Shown here one piece after another: positions 18,173-28,101 of a DNA stretch of 64,000 bases. Within the stretch, counting starts at the first letter, position 1. The number at the start of each line of letters is the position of its first letter. The position numbers were made by a program, and so were the translations under genes. Source of the DNA: an uncultured Spirochaetota bacterium (GTDB lineage: Bacteria; Spirochaetota; Brevinematia; Brevinematales; JAOACQ01); assembly GCA_963768055.1 (NCBI GenBank), contig CAVYGN010000002.1:224001-288000 (forward strand), in the 5' to 3' direction. Below the pieces are notes generated by a model, which was given only the letters and a program-made list of their open reading frames with translations, was not told where the DNA came from and did no database searches.

Positions 18173-19677
18173 GACACATCCCCGCTTCGATTTAAAAGAT
18201 ACTTCTCGACTTCTTCCCTGTCGCTGAAATGGCTTTTTGTCTTTCCGATGATCTGGTAATCTTCATGCCCCTTGCCGGCGATGACGACAATGTCACCCTT
18301 TCTTGCCCTGGCCATGGCAAGTTTAATGGCATTAGCCCTGTCCGCTTCCACGGTATAACTTCCGTTCCCGGACTCTTTCAAGCCTGTTTCGATTTCGCTT
18401 ATAATAGCCATGGGATCTTCAGTCCTCGGATTATCGGAAGTGACAAAATTAATATCTGAAAGTTTCCCGGCTATATTTCCCATCATCGGCCTCTTAGTTT
18501 TATCCCTGTCCCCCCCTGCCCCGAAAACCGTTATAATCCTTCCGCCGGATCCTAATGTCTGCCTGAGCGCGGTTAATATCTTTTCCAGCGCGTCAGGTTT
18601 ATGGGCATAATCGATAACAACCGAAAAGCCTTCCGGAGAAGGAAGGCATTCCATCCTCCCTTTTACTTTTATATTATAGATCAGTTCAGAAAATTTTGCC
18701 AGGGGAAAACCAAGTACGATTAAAATAATACTCGCCATGGTGAAATTATAAAGGTTTGGCATCCCGATCATCGATATACTGACCGGGATGCCATCGATCT
18801 CGAACCTGGAACCTGAGGGCGTCATTTTATCGATTCTGATCCGGTAATCGCTTTCTTTTCCTGAAAGCGAAAATTTTTTCACGATAATATTACCGAAACT
18901 GCCGAGATAAGCGGTAATTCTGTCGTATACGTTTATATCAGAATTTATTACCGCCGTAAGTTTCTCTTTCTTCGACCTGCCGAGCAGGTCGAAAATCTTC
19001 AGCTTTGCTTCCAGATAATTCTCCATTGTTCCATGAAAATCCAGGTGGTCCTGGGAAAGATTTGTGAAAGCGACGACATCGAAGTTTAATCCGGCCGCCC
19101 GCCCGAGAGAAAGGGCATGGCTGGAAACCTCCATCACACAGTAACGGAGCCCCTCATCCACCATTTTCGAAAACAAAAAATTTAAAAAAAGCACATCCGG
19201 CGTCGTGTTCTGTGCCGGGATTATTTCGCCGCCTACATGATATTCTATGGTTCCTATAAGACCGCATTTATACCCGAGGCCCTGGATTATGGATTTTACC
19301 GCAAAAGCGGTAGTTGTTTTCCCGCTGGTGCCTGTAATACCGATCAGGCAAAGCTTTGAGGTCGGATCGCCGTAAAAATTCGACGCCGAAATGGAGAGGG
19401 CTTCCGGTAAAACTCGCGCACCCATAAAATAAGCTTCCGGATATTTTAAAGTCAATTCGTTCAATTTGCCTTCCGAAACGATAAAGTGCCTGCAGCCGTT
19501 CCTGTAAGCGGAATCTATAAACGTATGAGCATCCTCGATATAGCCGGACGCGGCTATGAAAAGCGAAGAGGCGCCGGTCTTTCTCGAATCGTTTTCCAGG
19601 TTTTCAGCTTGAAAATCCGGATCATGACCCCGGGGTAAAACGAGGTCAATACCCCTGATTATATCTTTTAAAAGCAT
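18169..19677 (-). CDS. murE: UDP-N-acetylmuramoyl-tripeptide synthetase MurE
   Basis: GITGTSGKTT, MEVSSHAL, FTNLSQDHLDFH, DYAH, GGDRD, SDNPR, AGKGHE. Confidence 0.95.
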   Translation of the reverse strand: MLLKDIIRGIDLVLPRGHDPDFQAENLENDSRKTGASSLFIAASGYIEDAHTFIDSAYRNGCRHFIVSEGKLNELTLKYPEAYFMGARVLPEALSISASNFYGDPTSKLCLIGITGTSGKTTTAFAVKSIIQGLGYKCGLIGTIEYHVGGEIIPAQNTTPDVLFLNFLFSKMVDEGLRYCVMEVSSHALSLGRAAGLNFDVVAFTNLSQDHLDFHGTMENYLEAKLKIFDLLGRSKKEKLTAVINSDINVYDRITAYLGSFGNIIVKKFSLSGKESDYRIRIDKMTPSGSRFEIDGIPVSISMIGMPNLYNFTMASIILIVLGFPLAKFSELIYNIKVKGRMECLPSPEGFSVVIDYAHKPDALEKILTALRQTLGSGGRIITVFGAGGDRDKTKRPMMGNIAGKLSDINFVTSDNPRTEDPMAIISEIETGLKESGNGSYTVEADRANAIKLAMARARKGDIVVIAGKGHEDYQIIGKTKSHFSDREEVEKYLLNRSGDVS

Positions 19678-19699
19678 TTTGAACCTTCAGGAATAAAGA

Positions 19700-20023
19700 T
19701 CATGCTTCCTCAAAACTGCAGTGAAGGGGGAATTCTTTGGCCTTTGCCATGGTATGAACCTGAGCTATCTTAGTCAGCGCTATATCGTAAGTATAAATCC
19801 CGGCAACACCGAACCCTTCATTATGCACCTGGAGCATTATCCTCGTCGCTTCGGCGGCCGCCTTGTGAAAAACAGCAATTATAACCGAAACTACGAAATC
19901 CATCGTAGTATAATTGTCATTATGAATTATTACCTTATACAGTTTCGGTTCGATTATTCCCGGCCTGGGACGGAGCTGTAGTTCACCCCTTTCAAATGTT
20001 TTTATCTGCATGTCCTGAGACAT
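19700..20023 (-). CDS. clpS: ATP-dependent Clp protease adaptor ClpS
   Basis: YKVIIHNDNYTTMDFVV, IMLQVHNEG, FPL. Confidence 0.93.
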   Translation of the reverse strand: MSQDMQIKTFERGELQLRPRPGIIEPKLYKVIIHNDNYTTMDFVVSVIIAVFHKAAAEATRIMLQVHNEGFGVAGIYTYDIALTKIAQVHTMAKAKEFPLHCSFEEA

Positions 20024-20139
20024 CGGCTAACGCCCTCTATCAAATATTATATATAATATTATAATATAAAATTATATTAAAATGAAGAACATTACTCCCT
20101 TGTTTTAGTTATAATAAATTTTAAAATAATCGTCAATGG

Positions 20140-20583
20140 TCAGCCGTCTATAAAAACCGATTTTTTTATGGAACTCCCCAATATATAAACATCGGGGGTA
20201 TCCAGTTCCCGGGCCTTAAATTTTTTCATCAGGTCCAATTCCATCTTCGAAATATCGCGCCTGTACTTGAGGATCGCCAGGTAATCTTTTTTGAAATCAT
20301 CGGGGAGCCTTCGTATATCAACCCTGAAATTCTTCAGGGCCTTGCTTTTTTGCCCCATGCCCTCCCTCGACCTTACTAATTCAAGTACATCGGCCCGCGA
20401 CCGTTTGAACAGGGCGGCAAACTCTTTTCTATTTTTAACGGAACCCAGTTCCAAGAGGTAGGCTTCCTCAAAATCCCGCACCCGGGACAACTGTACCCTT
20501 AGCAGGGTCTTATCCTCCTCGTTAAGCCTGGAGCAGGAAACTAAAAATACAGTCATGAACAGTAAAATTATCAAACGTCCCAA
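20140..20583 (-). CDS. hypothetical lipoprotein
   Basis: Signal peptide ending FLVSC; starts 1 nt after the trpC stop. Confidence 0.65.
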   Translation of the reverse strand: MGRLIILLFMTVFLVSCSRLNEEDKTLLRVQLSRVRDFEEAYLLELGSVKNRKEFAALFKRSRADVLELVRSREGMGQKSKALKNFRVDIRRLPDDFKKDYLAILKYRRDISKMELDLMKKFKARELDTPDVYILGSSIKKSVFIDG

Positions 20584-20584
20584 A

Positions 20585-21385
20585 TCAAACCCTCCTTTCT
20601 TGTATTTTCCTCTTTGGAATATTTAGAAACTGCGATATGGCGGCTTTCCGGTCCCCCGCTTTCATAACGGCCCCTCCTACAAGCACTCCGTCCAATCCGG
20701 CTTCAGCAAGATTTACAGCGTCCGTACGGTTTTTGCAGCTTGATAATGAGAGCCTGACGGTCCCGGCCGGGATAAGACGGGATAAAATGACGGCATTCAG
20801 GGGATTTTCTTCAAGCGTATCCAGATTTCTATTGTTGATGCCTATGATCCCGGCTTTTAAATCGAGAGCCCTCCTTACGTTCTCCTGAAAGTGGGCTTCG
20901 ACAAGAGCGTCGAGGCCCTTAGAGAGTGCGTATCCGTAAAGATCGGCCAGCTTATCATCATCCAGGATTTCCGTTATCAGGAGAACAGCCGACGCTCCGT
21001 TTAATAGGGCCATATCGATCTGGACCCTGTCAACGATGAAATCTTTACAGAGAAGAGGCGATTTTACAGATCCGGAAATTTTTTTCAGGATATCGAAATT
21101 TCCATCGAAAAATTTTCTATCGGTCAGTACTGATATTGCGTTTACGCCGGCTTCATCGAAAATACCTGCGATTTCCACGGGGTCCTCCCCGCCCGCCGCC
21201 AAGGCCCCCTGCGAAGGGGACTTCATCTTTACCTCCGCGATGACCGCCAGGTTTGAAGAATTTTTAAGAGAATCGAGAAAAGAGGGCCCTTTATATTTCC
21301 CGCCATCCTTACTTCCCCTGAATGACGCTTTCAGATCTTCGATTTCATTCATTTTATTGCTTAGAATCTCCTCCAGTTTAGACAT
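20585..21385 (-). CDS. trpC: indole-3-glycerol phosphate synthase
   Basis: VIAEVKMKSPS, ISVLTD..FF.G, LLCKDFI, GINNRNL, VLVG. Confidence 0.93.
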   Translation of the reverse strand: MSKLEEILSNKMNEIEDLKASFRGSKDGGKYKGPSFLDSLKNSSNLAVIAEVKMKSPSQGALAAGGEDPVEIAGIFDEAGVNAISVLTDRKFFDGNFDILKKISGSVKSPLLCKDFIVDRVQIDMALLNGASAVLLITEILDDDKLADLYGYALSKGLDALVEAHFQENVRRALDLKAGIIGINNRNLDTLEENPLNAVILSRLIPAGTVRLSLSSCKNRTDAVNLAEAGLDGVLVGGAVMKAGDRKAAISQFLNIPKRKIQERRV

Positions 21386-23009
21386 TCGAATTCCCCTGCC
21401 TGTCGTTCGAATAATAGATCAGGTCCTGCAAGGCTTTATACCCTTTTCCGCTGTCGATTGACTCTTCCGCCAGCCTGAAAGACTTCTCAAGCGACTCCCC
21501 CCTTGTAATATAGATAGCAAGGCCGGCGTTAAGAATAACGGCTTTCCTCGGGTCGCCCTTTTCATCGCCCCTGAGCACGTTAAGGATGATCTCCGCGCTT
21601 TTCTCAGGGCTGTCGACTTTAATGTTGTGCAATTTCCCGCCGAGGTTATAATCATGCGCCTCAAGGACGCTCTCACTGATCTTTCCATCTTTTATCTCCC
21701 TGATAAAAGTCCTGCCTTCTATACTGGCTTCGTCGATGCCGTTTTCTCCATGAAGGACTATGGAATGTTTATGTCCCATGCCGGCAAAAACAGGGGGTAT
21801 AAGTTCTAGCAGCTGCTTTGAATATACGCCCATTACATGATGCTTCACCCCGGCGGGATTTACGATCGGGCCAAGTATATTGAACAGAGTCCTGACCCCG
21901 ATCTCCCTCCTCACGGGTATGACGTATTTCATGGCAGGATGGTAGAGCGGCGCAAAGAGGAACGCTATCCCCGCATTTTCCAGGCACTTCTTAGCCTCGA
22001 GACTTGAAAGCTGGATATTCACTCCAAGCTTTTCCAGGACATCCGCGGCGCCGCTTTTGCTGGTGACCGAGCGGTTGCCATGCTTTGCGACATAAACCCC
22101 GGCTCCGGCGACTACAAAGGAACTGGCGGTGGAAATATTAAATGTCCCGGACTGGTCGCCCCCGCTCCCGCAGGTATCGACTACAGGCGTTTTATCCGTA
22201 TCGACCTTTACGCAAACCCCGAACATCGACTCGGCGCTCCCCGAGATCTCCTCGGAAGTCTCGCCTTTCATCATCAGCCCCATCAGGTAAGCCCCGACCT
22301 GAGAGTGAGTTGCATGCCCTTTCATTATATAATCCATCATCTCTTTAGCCTCTTCCCTGGAGAGGCCCTCCCGCTCCCCGGCTTTTCTTATCATTGACTT
22401 TACGCGGGAGGTTATCCTGTCGCTTTGCCTGATTTCAGTTTTTTTAGAAACCAGGTTCACAAAATTTTTGATAATAATCTTTCCTTCTTCCGTAAGAATG
22501 GATTCGGGATGAAACTGGATGCCGTATATGTCTTTTCCCTTTACTTTTATGCCCATTATCTCGCCGTCATCGCTCTCGGCCGTAACTTCAAGCTGTGCGG
22601 GAAGATTTTCCTTTTTCGCCACAAGAGAATGGTAGCGGATCCCGGAAATCGGCACGCTGACTCCCTCGAAGATGTCCTTGCCGTTGTGATGGATCAGGGA
22701 CGGCTTTCCATGAAGAATATTCTTCGCCCCTACGACTTCGCCTCCGTAGGCATAGGCTATCCCCTGGTGGCCGAGACAGACACCCAGGAGCGGAATATCG
22801 TTCGCGTTTTTAATAAGTTCCATCGAAACGCGGGAATCCTCAGGCCTTCCCGGGCCGGGCGATATGATGATCCCGTCCGGACCGAGAGCGAGCGCTTCGT
22901 CGAGGGTGATCTTGTCATTCCTGAAGACCCTGATATCGCTGTAATATTCGCCTACATACTGCACTATGTTGTAGATAAAAGAATCGTAATTGTCGATTAC
23001 AAGTATCAT
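21378..23009 (-). CDS. trpGD: fused anthranilate synthase component II / anthranilate phosphoribosyltransferase
   Basis: IDNYDSF, SPGPG, GVCLGHQ, QFHPES (TrpG) followed by DTCGSGGD, KHGNRSV (TrpD). Confidence 0.95.
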   Translation of the reverse strand: MILVIDNYDSFIYNIVQYVGEYYSDIRVFRNDKITLDEALALGPDGIIISPGPGRPEDSRVSMELIKNANDIPLLGVCLGHQGIAYAYGGEVVGAKNILHGKPSLIHHNGKDIFEGVSVPISGIRYHSLVAKKENLPAQLEVTAESDDGEIMGIKVKGKDIYGIQFHPESILTEEGKIIIKNFVNLVSKKTEIRQSDRITSRVKSMIRKAGEREGLSREEAKEMMDYIMKGHATHSQVGAYLMGLMMKGETSEEISGSAESMFGVCVKVDTDKTPVVDTCGSGGDQSGTFNISTASSFVVAGAGVYVAKHGNRSVTSKSGAADVLEKLGVNIQLSSLEAKKCLENAGIAFLFAPLYHPAMKYVIPVRREIGVRTLFNILGPIVNPAGVKHHVMGVYSKQLLELIPPVFAGMGHKHSIVLHGENGIDEASIEGRTFIREIKDGKISESVLEAHDYNLGGKLHNIKVDSPEKSAEIILNVLRGDEKGDPRKAVILNAGLAIYITRGESLEKSFRLAEESIDSGKGYKALQDLIYYSNDRQGNSNV

Positions 23010-23695
23010 ATTTTCCTCCTCTTTATAACAAGCATCCGGTTCCCATGTTTCTGGAATTCGTAGTTGACAGGCTCTATGGACACGATTTTACCTTCGCTTC
23101 TGCAAATATCGATGACCCCGTCAAGGTAGGGCGATTTCATGCCGCTATAGTCCAGAAGCGGGAATATGCGGATCTCGTCGGCCACCCTGCACATCTCGCG
23201 GACCGCGGCAATATGAAAATCCAGTGTAAGATTATAAGTATACAGGAATAATAAATGGGAACAAAGGGCAAGGTCGAATTCCTGTTCTGAAAAAGGAAGT
23301 TCGGGCAGTTCCGCTTCAACGTATCTTCGTTCGCTTTTACCCTTTTCATAATCCTCAAGGAAAGCTCTCATTGCCTTCATCCTCAATTCTCCGAGTTCCC
23401 TGATAGAGGGTATATCCCTCCAGATGAATCTTCCCCTGTTCCTGTATGTCTGGGATATTACATCCTCGAATGTTTCGGCTATCCGGGCTTCGATCTCCAC
23501 CGACGAAAACCCGTAAAGAGGGTCCGCCGAGATAATCTTCAAACCGTTCCGCGCCATTACGGAATTGAAGCTCGCCGGCCCGTCTCCGCACCCCAGGATC
23601 CTGCCGCGAAGTTCGTTTTCGGTAAGCCTGAACATCCGCACATATTCCTCGTACGACCTTCCCCATGGAACAACATTCTTATAATGTATCGCCAT
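23006..23695 (-). CDS. class I SAM-dependent methyltransferase-like protein
   Basis: GRS..EY..MF, ILGCGDGPASFN, LPELPF...FDLALCSHLLFLY, EIRIFPL. Confidence 0.8.
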   Translation of the reverse strand: MAIHYKNVVPWGRSYEEYVRMFRLTENELRGRILGCGDGPASFNSVMARNGLKIISADPLYGFSSVEIEARIAETFEDVISQTYRNRGRFIWRDIPSIRELGELRMKAMRAFLEDYEKGKSERRYVEAELPELPFSEQEFDLALCSHLLFLYTYNLTLDFHIAAVREMCRVADEIRIFPLLDYSGMKSPYLDGVIDICRSEGKIVSIEPVNYEFQKHGNRMLVIKRRKI

Positions 23696-23716
23696 TGCCG
23701 CCTCCGGAAATTTTAA

Positions 23717-25138
23717 TTACAAGAGCGCCTTCATGAGCGCCCTGGCTTTATTTATCGTTTCCTCGTATTCCTTTTCCGGCACTGAATCGTATACAATGCC
23801 GGCTCCCGCCTGGAGATAGACCGTTTTATCCTTGCAGATCATTGTCCTTATCGCTATACAGGTGTCAAGGTTTCCCCTGAAATCGATATAACCGATGGCC
23901 CCTGCATAAACTCCCCTTCTCTCGGGTTCGAGTTCCTCTATGATCTCCATCGCCCTCACCTTGGGCGCACCCGAAACCGTTCCGGCAGGAAACGTCGCCG
24001 AGACGATATCAAGGACATGAGTATTATCCGAAGGTTTCCCCGTAACGTCGGAAACTATATGCATCACATGGGAATACCTCTCGATGTGAAACATATTGGA
24101 TACTTTGACGGAGCCGTATTCGGAGATCCTTCCTACATCGTTACGGGCAAGGTCGAGAAGCATCGTATGCTCGGCAAGTTCCTTTTTATCCGCCAAAAGC
24201 TCCTTTTCTATCTCGTTGTCCTCCATTATATCCTTTCCCCTGGGCCTTGTCCCCGCGATAGGCCGCTCCAGGACCTCGTCCTTTTCTTTTGTCTTTACCC
24301 TCTTGACCATCACTTCAGGCGAGGAGCCTACGATCTGGAAATCATCAAGGTCGATATAAAACATGTAGGGAGAGGGATTGATCATCCTGAGTTTTCTATA
24401 AATATCGAACGGGGGGGCCTCGGTTTTCATACTGAGTCTCTGTGAAAGCACCACCTGGAAAATATCGCCCGCAACTATATATTCCTTGGCCTTTTCCACC
24501 GCTTTTAAGAAATTCTCTTTTTTAAAATTGCTCGAAAGGTTTATCCTTCCCGACCCTGAGAGCGCGATACGCTCCGGGGGTTTTGCATTATTCAGCAGGT
24601 CTTCATACTCGGCAATAATTTGCAAAGCATTCTCAGTACCCTCGTCGGAAAAGACCGGCGCCATCAGCACCATTTTCTGATTGATATGGTCGAAGGCGAT
24701 AAGGATCTTCGGGAAGAACATGCAGATATCCGGAAGATCGAGCCTGTCCGGGTTAGTATCGGGTATCTTTTCATAATACCTTATAGAATCATATCCGAAA
24801 TAACCTACAAGGCCGGTGTTAAACGGCGGCAGGTCTTCATGACTGTCCGCCTCGAAACTGTCGATGATATTTTTCAGTTCAAGGGCAGGGTTTTCGCTTT
24901 CGAACTCTTCTACATTTCCGCGATTGACAATTTTAACCCTGTTTTTTTTCGCGGTAAACTCGAGTTCGGGCTCGAACCCGATAAAAGAATAGCGGCCTAT
25001 CTTTTCACCCATTTCGACGCTCTCGAAAAGAAAACCCTTCGTTCCCGGCTTCTTCAGCGCCAGAAAGGCTGAAACAGGTGTCTCGATATCAGCCGATATC
25101 TCCTTGTAAACCGGATGAATTTTAAACTTATCAGGCAT
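23717..25138 (-). CDS. trpE: anthranilate synthase component I
   Basis: D.ETPVS, FESVE.GE..GRYSF, GDIFQVVLSQR, NPSPYM, PIAGTRPRG, FPAGTVSGAPK.RAM, QAGAGIV. Confidence 0.96.
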   Translation of the reverse strand: MPDKFKIHPVYKEISADIETPVSAFLALKKPGTKGFLFESVEMGEKIGRYSFIGFEPELEFTAKKNRVKIVNRGNVEEFESENPALELKNIIDSFEADSHEDLPPFNTGLVGYFGYDSIRYYEKIPDTNPDRLDLPDICMFFPKILIAFDHINQKMVLMAPVFSDEGTENALQIIAEYEDLLNNAKPPERIALSGSGRINLSSNFKKENFLKAVEKAKEYIVAGDIFQVVLSQRLSMKTEAPPFDIYRKLRMINPSPYMFYIDLDDFQIVGSSPEVMVKRVKTKEKDEVLERPIAGTRPRGKDIMEDNEIEKELLADKKELAEHTMLLDLARNDVGRISEYGSVKVSNMFHIERYSHVMHIVSDVTGKPSDNTHVLDIVSATFPAGTVSGAPKVRAMEIIEELEPERRGVYAGAIGYIDFRGNLDTCIAIRTMICKDKTVYLQAGAGIVYDSVPEKEYEETINKARALMKALL

Positions 25139-25210
25139 TCGATCCTCCTATAATAATAAATGAGCCCATAAGGGCCAAAAGAGCGCCTAAGGGCCCTGCC
25201 GGGCACGCAT

Positions 25211-25245
25211 AAAAAAACCCGCAGGTGTCATACCTGCGGGTTTTT
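25211..25245 (-). terminator. trp attenuator terminator
   Basis: Minus strand CCCGCAGGT-ATGAC-ACCTGCGGG followed by U7, between the leader peptide and trpE. Confidence 0.88.
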
Positions 25246-25288
25246 ATTATAATTTTATAATGCGGCCATTACGCCGCTAAACGCCCCG

Positions 25289-25363
25289 TCAATACTTATC
25301 ACCTGAAAATGACAATTTAACGCGCCACCACCAGTTATTCGCAAAAAAGAAGGGGAGTTTCAT
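25289..25363 (-). CDS. trpL: trp operon leader peptide MKLPFFFANNWWWRVKLSFSGDKY
   Basis: GGAG RBS, three consecutive TGG codons, downstream terminator, located upstream of trpE. Confidence 0.88.
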   Translation of the reverse strand: MKLPFFFANNWWWRVKLSFSGDKY

Positions 25364-25391
25364 GGGTGAATCTCCAAAATTATTTCGCATA

Positions 25392-25420
25392 AGGTTAACT
25401 TGAATATTTTTTTTTGTCAA
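25392..25420 (-). promoter_or_regulatory. sigma70 promoter of the trp leader
   Basis: TTGACA-17 nt-TAACCT on the minus strand, about 30 nt before the leader ATG. Confidence 0.6.
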
Positions 25421-25550
25421 ATGAAAAGGAAATATTTTTGGAAATAAAACCGAGTCTGACCGAGGCCGCAAAAATGGTCAGTGAAATTTTGATAAATCTA
25501 TCGGATCGGATTAGAATAATTGCAAAATCGATATCTATGGGGGAAAAACA

Positions 25551-26084
25551 TTGAAAAAAGCTGTTATCTGCAAATCGACATCCGGTTTTACAAGAAAATA
25601 TGCGGAATGGATCGCTGAAGAATTAAAAGCCGATCTATTTGAAAGTAATAGAATTAAAATAGGGCGTTTATCCGCATATGATTTTATCATTTTCGGCGGC
25701 AGCCTGCATGCCGCAGGAATAAGCGGCGTAAAACTGATTAAAAATAATATAAATAAATTGGCGGGAAAAAACATTATCGTTTTTGCAACGGGAGCTTCCC
25801 CGGTAAAAGAAGGTTTGGAAAGCGAGATCATAAACAATAATTTTACAGTTGACATGCAAAAGAAATTACGTTTTTTTTACTTCAGGGGAGGATTTGATTT
25901 TAAAAGACTGGATTTCTTTAACAAGGTCCTTATGACCCTTTTTAAATGGAAGCTTTTAATAAAAAAAAGCCCGACACAGGATGAAAAAGGGATGCTGGCC
26001 GCTTATTCAAAACCGATGGACTTTACGAAGAAAGAGCATATATATAGGCTGATCGAATACATAAATTCTTTATCAAATCCATAA
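25551..26084 (+). CDS. flavodoxin domain protein (Flavodoxin_5/HemG-like)
   Basis: S.SGFTRKYAEWIAEEL, IIFGGSLHAAGI, FFYFRGG. Confidence 0.85.
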   Translation: MKKAVICKSTSGFTRKYAEWIAEELKADLFESNRIKIGRLSAYDFIIFGGSLHAAGISGVKLIKNNINKLAGKNIIVFATGASPVKEGLESEIINNNFTVDMQKKLRFFYFRGGFDFKRLDFFNKVLMTLFKWKLLIKKSPTQDEKGMLAAYSKPMDFTKKEHIYRLIEYINSLSNP

Positions 26085-26150
26085 ATTTGAATTTACTTTT
26101 GCAGAAGCTATTTGCAGTTTATCGGCAGGCTTTTCATTCAATGGCGGCGG

Positions 26151-26891
26151 TCAGCTTTTGTCCTCTTCCATCGAGCTTGAAATTTTTTTAAAAATATACT
26201 GGGAGATCGTTTCCCTTATTTCTTTTGTCATGCCCTCGAACAGGAACGCGCAGAATTTTTTCTGGTAAGCGACCACTATCCCGTCTATAAATACGTCCTT
26301 GCCTTCCAGGATGAACTGCATATTTTTTATCTCGGAGCCGATGGCAATAGAATCGGGAGGAAACGTCCCGGCCAATTCGACCGCGATGCCCCCGAAGCTG
26401 ATATCTTTAATCTGCCCGATAATGAGCTGCGAATTCACGGGAGACCTGAATTTAATGCCGATCCTGTCGTTGGGGTCGATCTTGATCCTTACATGCTTGC
26501 GTTCCGGGGGAACTCCGCGGACCTTTTGATAAACATCCATGATATATTTGTAGATGGTATTTTCCTCGGCATTGCTTTTGATAAACCCTATTACCCCGCA
26601 CTGGATCGCGTTTGCAATTTCCTGCTTATCAATAGCGCCTATGAGAAGAATTACGGCAGTATTCTTAACATTTTCGGAGGTATGATTTTTTATCTGTTTT
26701 ACAAGTTCGAAAACACCCTCAAAATCCTCCTGGATAGCGTCCAAAACCAAAATTTCAGGCTGAAGCTGTTGAATTTTATTGATAACATTATCGGAATGCT
26801 CTGTGTGAAAAAGGGTTATTCCCGCAGGGATCAGAGAATTGACAAATATATTCCTTGCATAATTGGATTGAGTACAAATTAAAACATACAT
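26151..26891 (-). CDS. receiver-like domain plus PilZ domain protein
   Basis: ERKHVR and DISFGG PilZ motifs; N-terminal REC-like fold (ILVLD, G..GFIK); ATG 26891 after GGAG. Confidence 0.8.
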   Translation of the reverse strand: MYVLICTQSNYARNIFVNSLIPAGITLFHTEHSDNVINKIQQLQPEILVLDAIQEDFEGVFELVKQIKNHTSENVKNTAVILLIGAIDKQEIANAIQCGVIGFIKSNAEENTIYKYIMDVYQKVRGVPPERKHVRIKIDPNDRIGIKFRSPVNSQLIIGQIKDISFGGIAVELAGTFPPDSIAIGSEIKNMQFILEGKDVFIDGIVVAYQKKFCAFLFEGMTKEIRETISQYIFKKISSSMEEDKS

Positions 26892-27196
26892 TGCGTTTCT
26901 CCAACAATATCTTACAATCAATCGAGGATTTTAGTCAATATAAAACCTGCTATGCGAGTCAATTTTGAGATCGACCCAGCCTGGGCAGATATTAAAGCGG
27001 AAATACTATTCCAGAATGAGAGACTGCTCCGGACATTAACAAAACTGGAAAAAGCCGGCAGCATAGATATGGAAAGGATATTCATATTGACCCTTTTATG
27101 ATTTCTCTCTAGAATCAAGAATAGATTTTTCAGTCTTTTGTGTAACTACCCAATTGATCTACTTTTTTCTCAAATAATAAAACAGGAGACTATAAA

Positions 27197-28000
27197 ATGC
27201 GAATTCTGATCGCCATTTTATTCGCCCTGTCGTTCGCTTCCTGCAGCGATAAGGAAATTGTGAACATGTTCTCTTTTATACCGGATAAAAACATACCCAT
27301 AGCGGAAAAGGACCTGCCGGGATATATCCATCTCGTAAAATTCAAAACAATCGATGATCTCATGATCCAGGGACTGTATTATTTGCATGATAAAGCCGGT
27401 TTCCGTCCGAAATTGATCATTTATTTCCATGGCAATTCTGAAAATATGTATCATAAAATTAAGGAAGGGGACCGTTTATTTCAAATGGGATACGACGTTC
27501 TTATAGTAAGTTACAGGGGCTATGCCGGAAGCCGGGGAACACCCTCGGAAAAAGGCATATACACCGATGGAAAATCGGCATTGCAGTACGCGGAAATGAC
27601 ATTGAAGTACAGGATCGATAATATCGTTATTTTCGGCTTTTCGATAGGCACGACAGTGGCCGTGGATGTTTCTCAGGGTCAGAATATATCGAAATTGATC
27701 CTGGTGGCTCCGTTATCCACGGGGATCGAATTCGCCAGGGCAAGGGGCCTGGGCCTTTTTGTCCCCCTGATGGGCTCGCCATACGAGTCCCTCGATAAAA
27801 TCGACAATGTTAAATGCCCGCTTTTAATAATACATGGCACTAAAGACGATGTGATACCTTATAATCTGGGTAAGAGGCTCTATGAAAAATTCAACGGTAA
27901 AAAAACGATGGTGGCTATTACTAACGGGAGGCATGACAACCTGGCGATTAATTACCCTGATATTTACTGGCCCTCGATAAAGAGGTTCCTGACGGAATAA
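27197..28000 (+). CDS. alpha/beta hydrolase lipoprotein
   Basis: Lipobox FASC, YFHGN, YRGY..S.G.PSEKG, GFSIG, IIHGTKD.VIP, GRH. Confidence 0.88.
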   Translation: MRILIAILFALSFASCSDKEIVNMFSFIPDKNIPIAEKDLPGYIHLVKFKTIDDLMIQGLYYLHDKAGFRPKLIIYFHGNSENMYHKIKEGDRLFQMGYDVLIVSYRGYAGSRGTPSEKGIYTDGKSALQYAEMTLKYRIDNIVIFGFSIGTTVAVDVSQGQNISKLILVAPLSTGIEFARARGLGLFVPLMGSPYESLDKIDNVKCPLLIIHGTKDDVIPYNLGKRLYEKFNGKKTMVAITNGRHDNLAINYPDIYWPSIKRFLTE

Positions 28001-28041
28001 GTGCTTGATCCATCAGATCCGGTTGTAAAAAAAGGAACCTA

Positions 28042-28085
28042 TTGACAAATACCTGATTATATATTATACTACTGAACATTCAGTA
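28042..28085 (+). promoter_or_regulatory. promoter with adjacent TetR operator
   Basis: TTGACA-17-TATACT (28042-28070), then the palindrome TACTGAA-CA-TTCAGTA (28070-28085). Confidence 0.7.
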
Positions 28086-28101
28086 CTAATATGGATAACA
28101 A

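Noticed and set aside
19700..20023. clpS without adjacent clpA, and phoH-pgpH without ybeY
   Set aside because: Simple synteny breaks; the partners are probably elsewhere in the genome.
22425..23063. Long antisense ORFs (e.g. 22425-23063, 44049-44603, 45267-45779, 60107-60688)
   Set aside because: Shadow frames opposite well-supported genes, with no motifs or RBS.
25162..25196. Duplicated TAAGGGCC motif between the attenuator and trpE
   Set aside because: Two 8-nt copies only, with no interpretable structure or known operator.
26952..27101. 49-aa plus-strand ORF MRVNFEIDPAWAD...
   Set aside because: No RBS or recognisable motif; cannot be supported without homology data.
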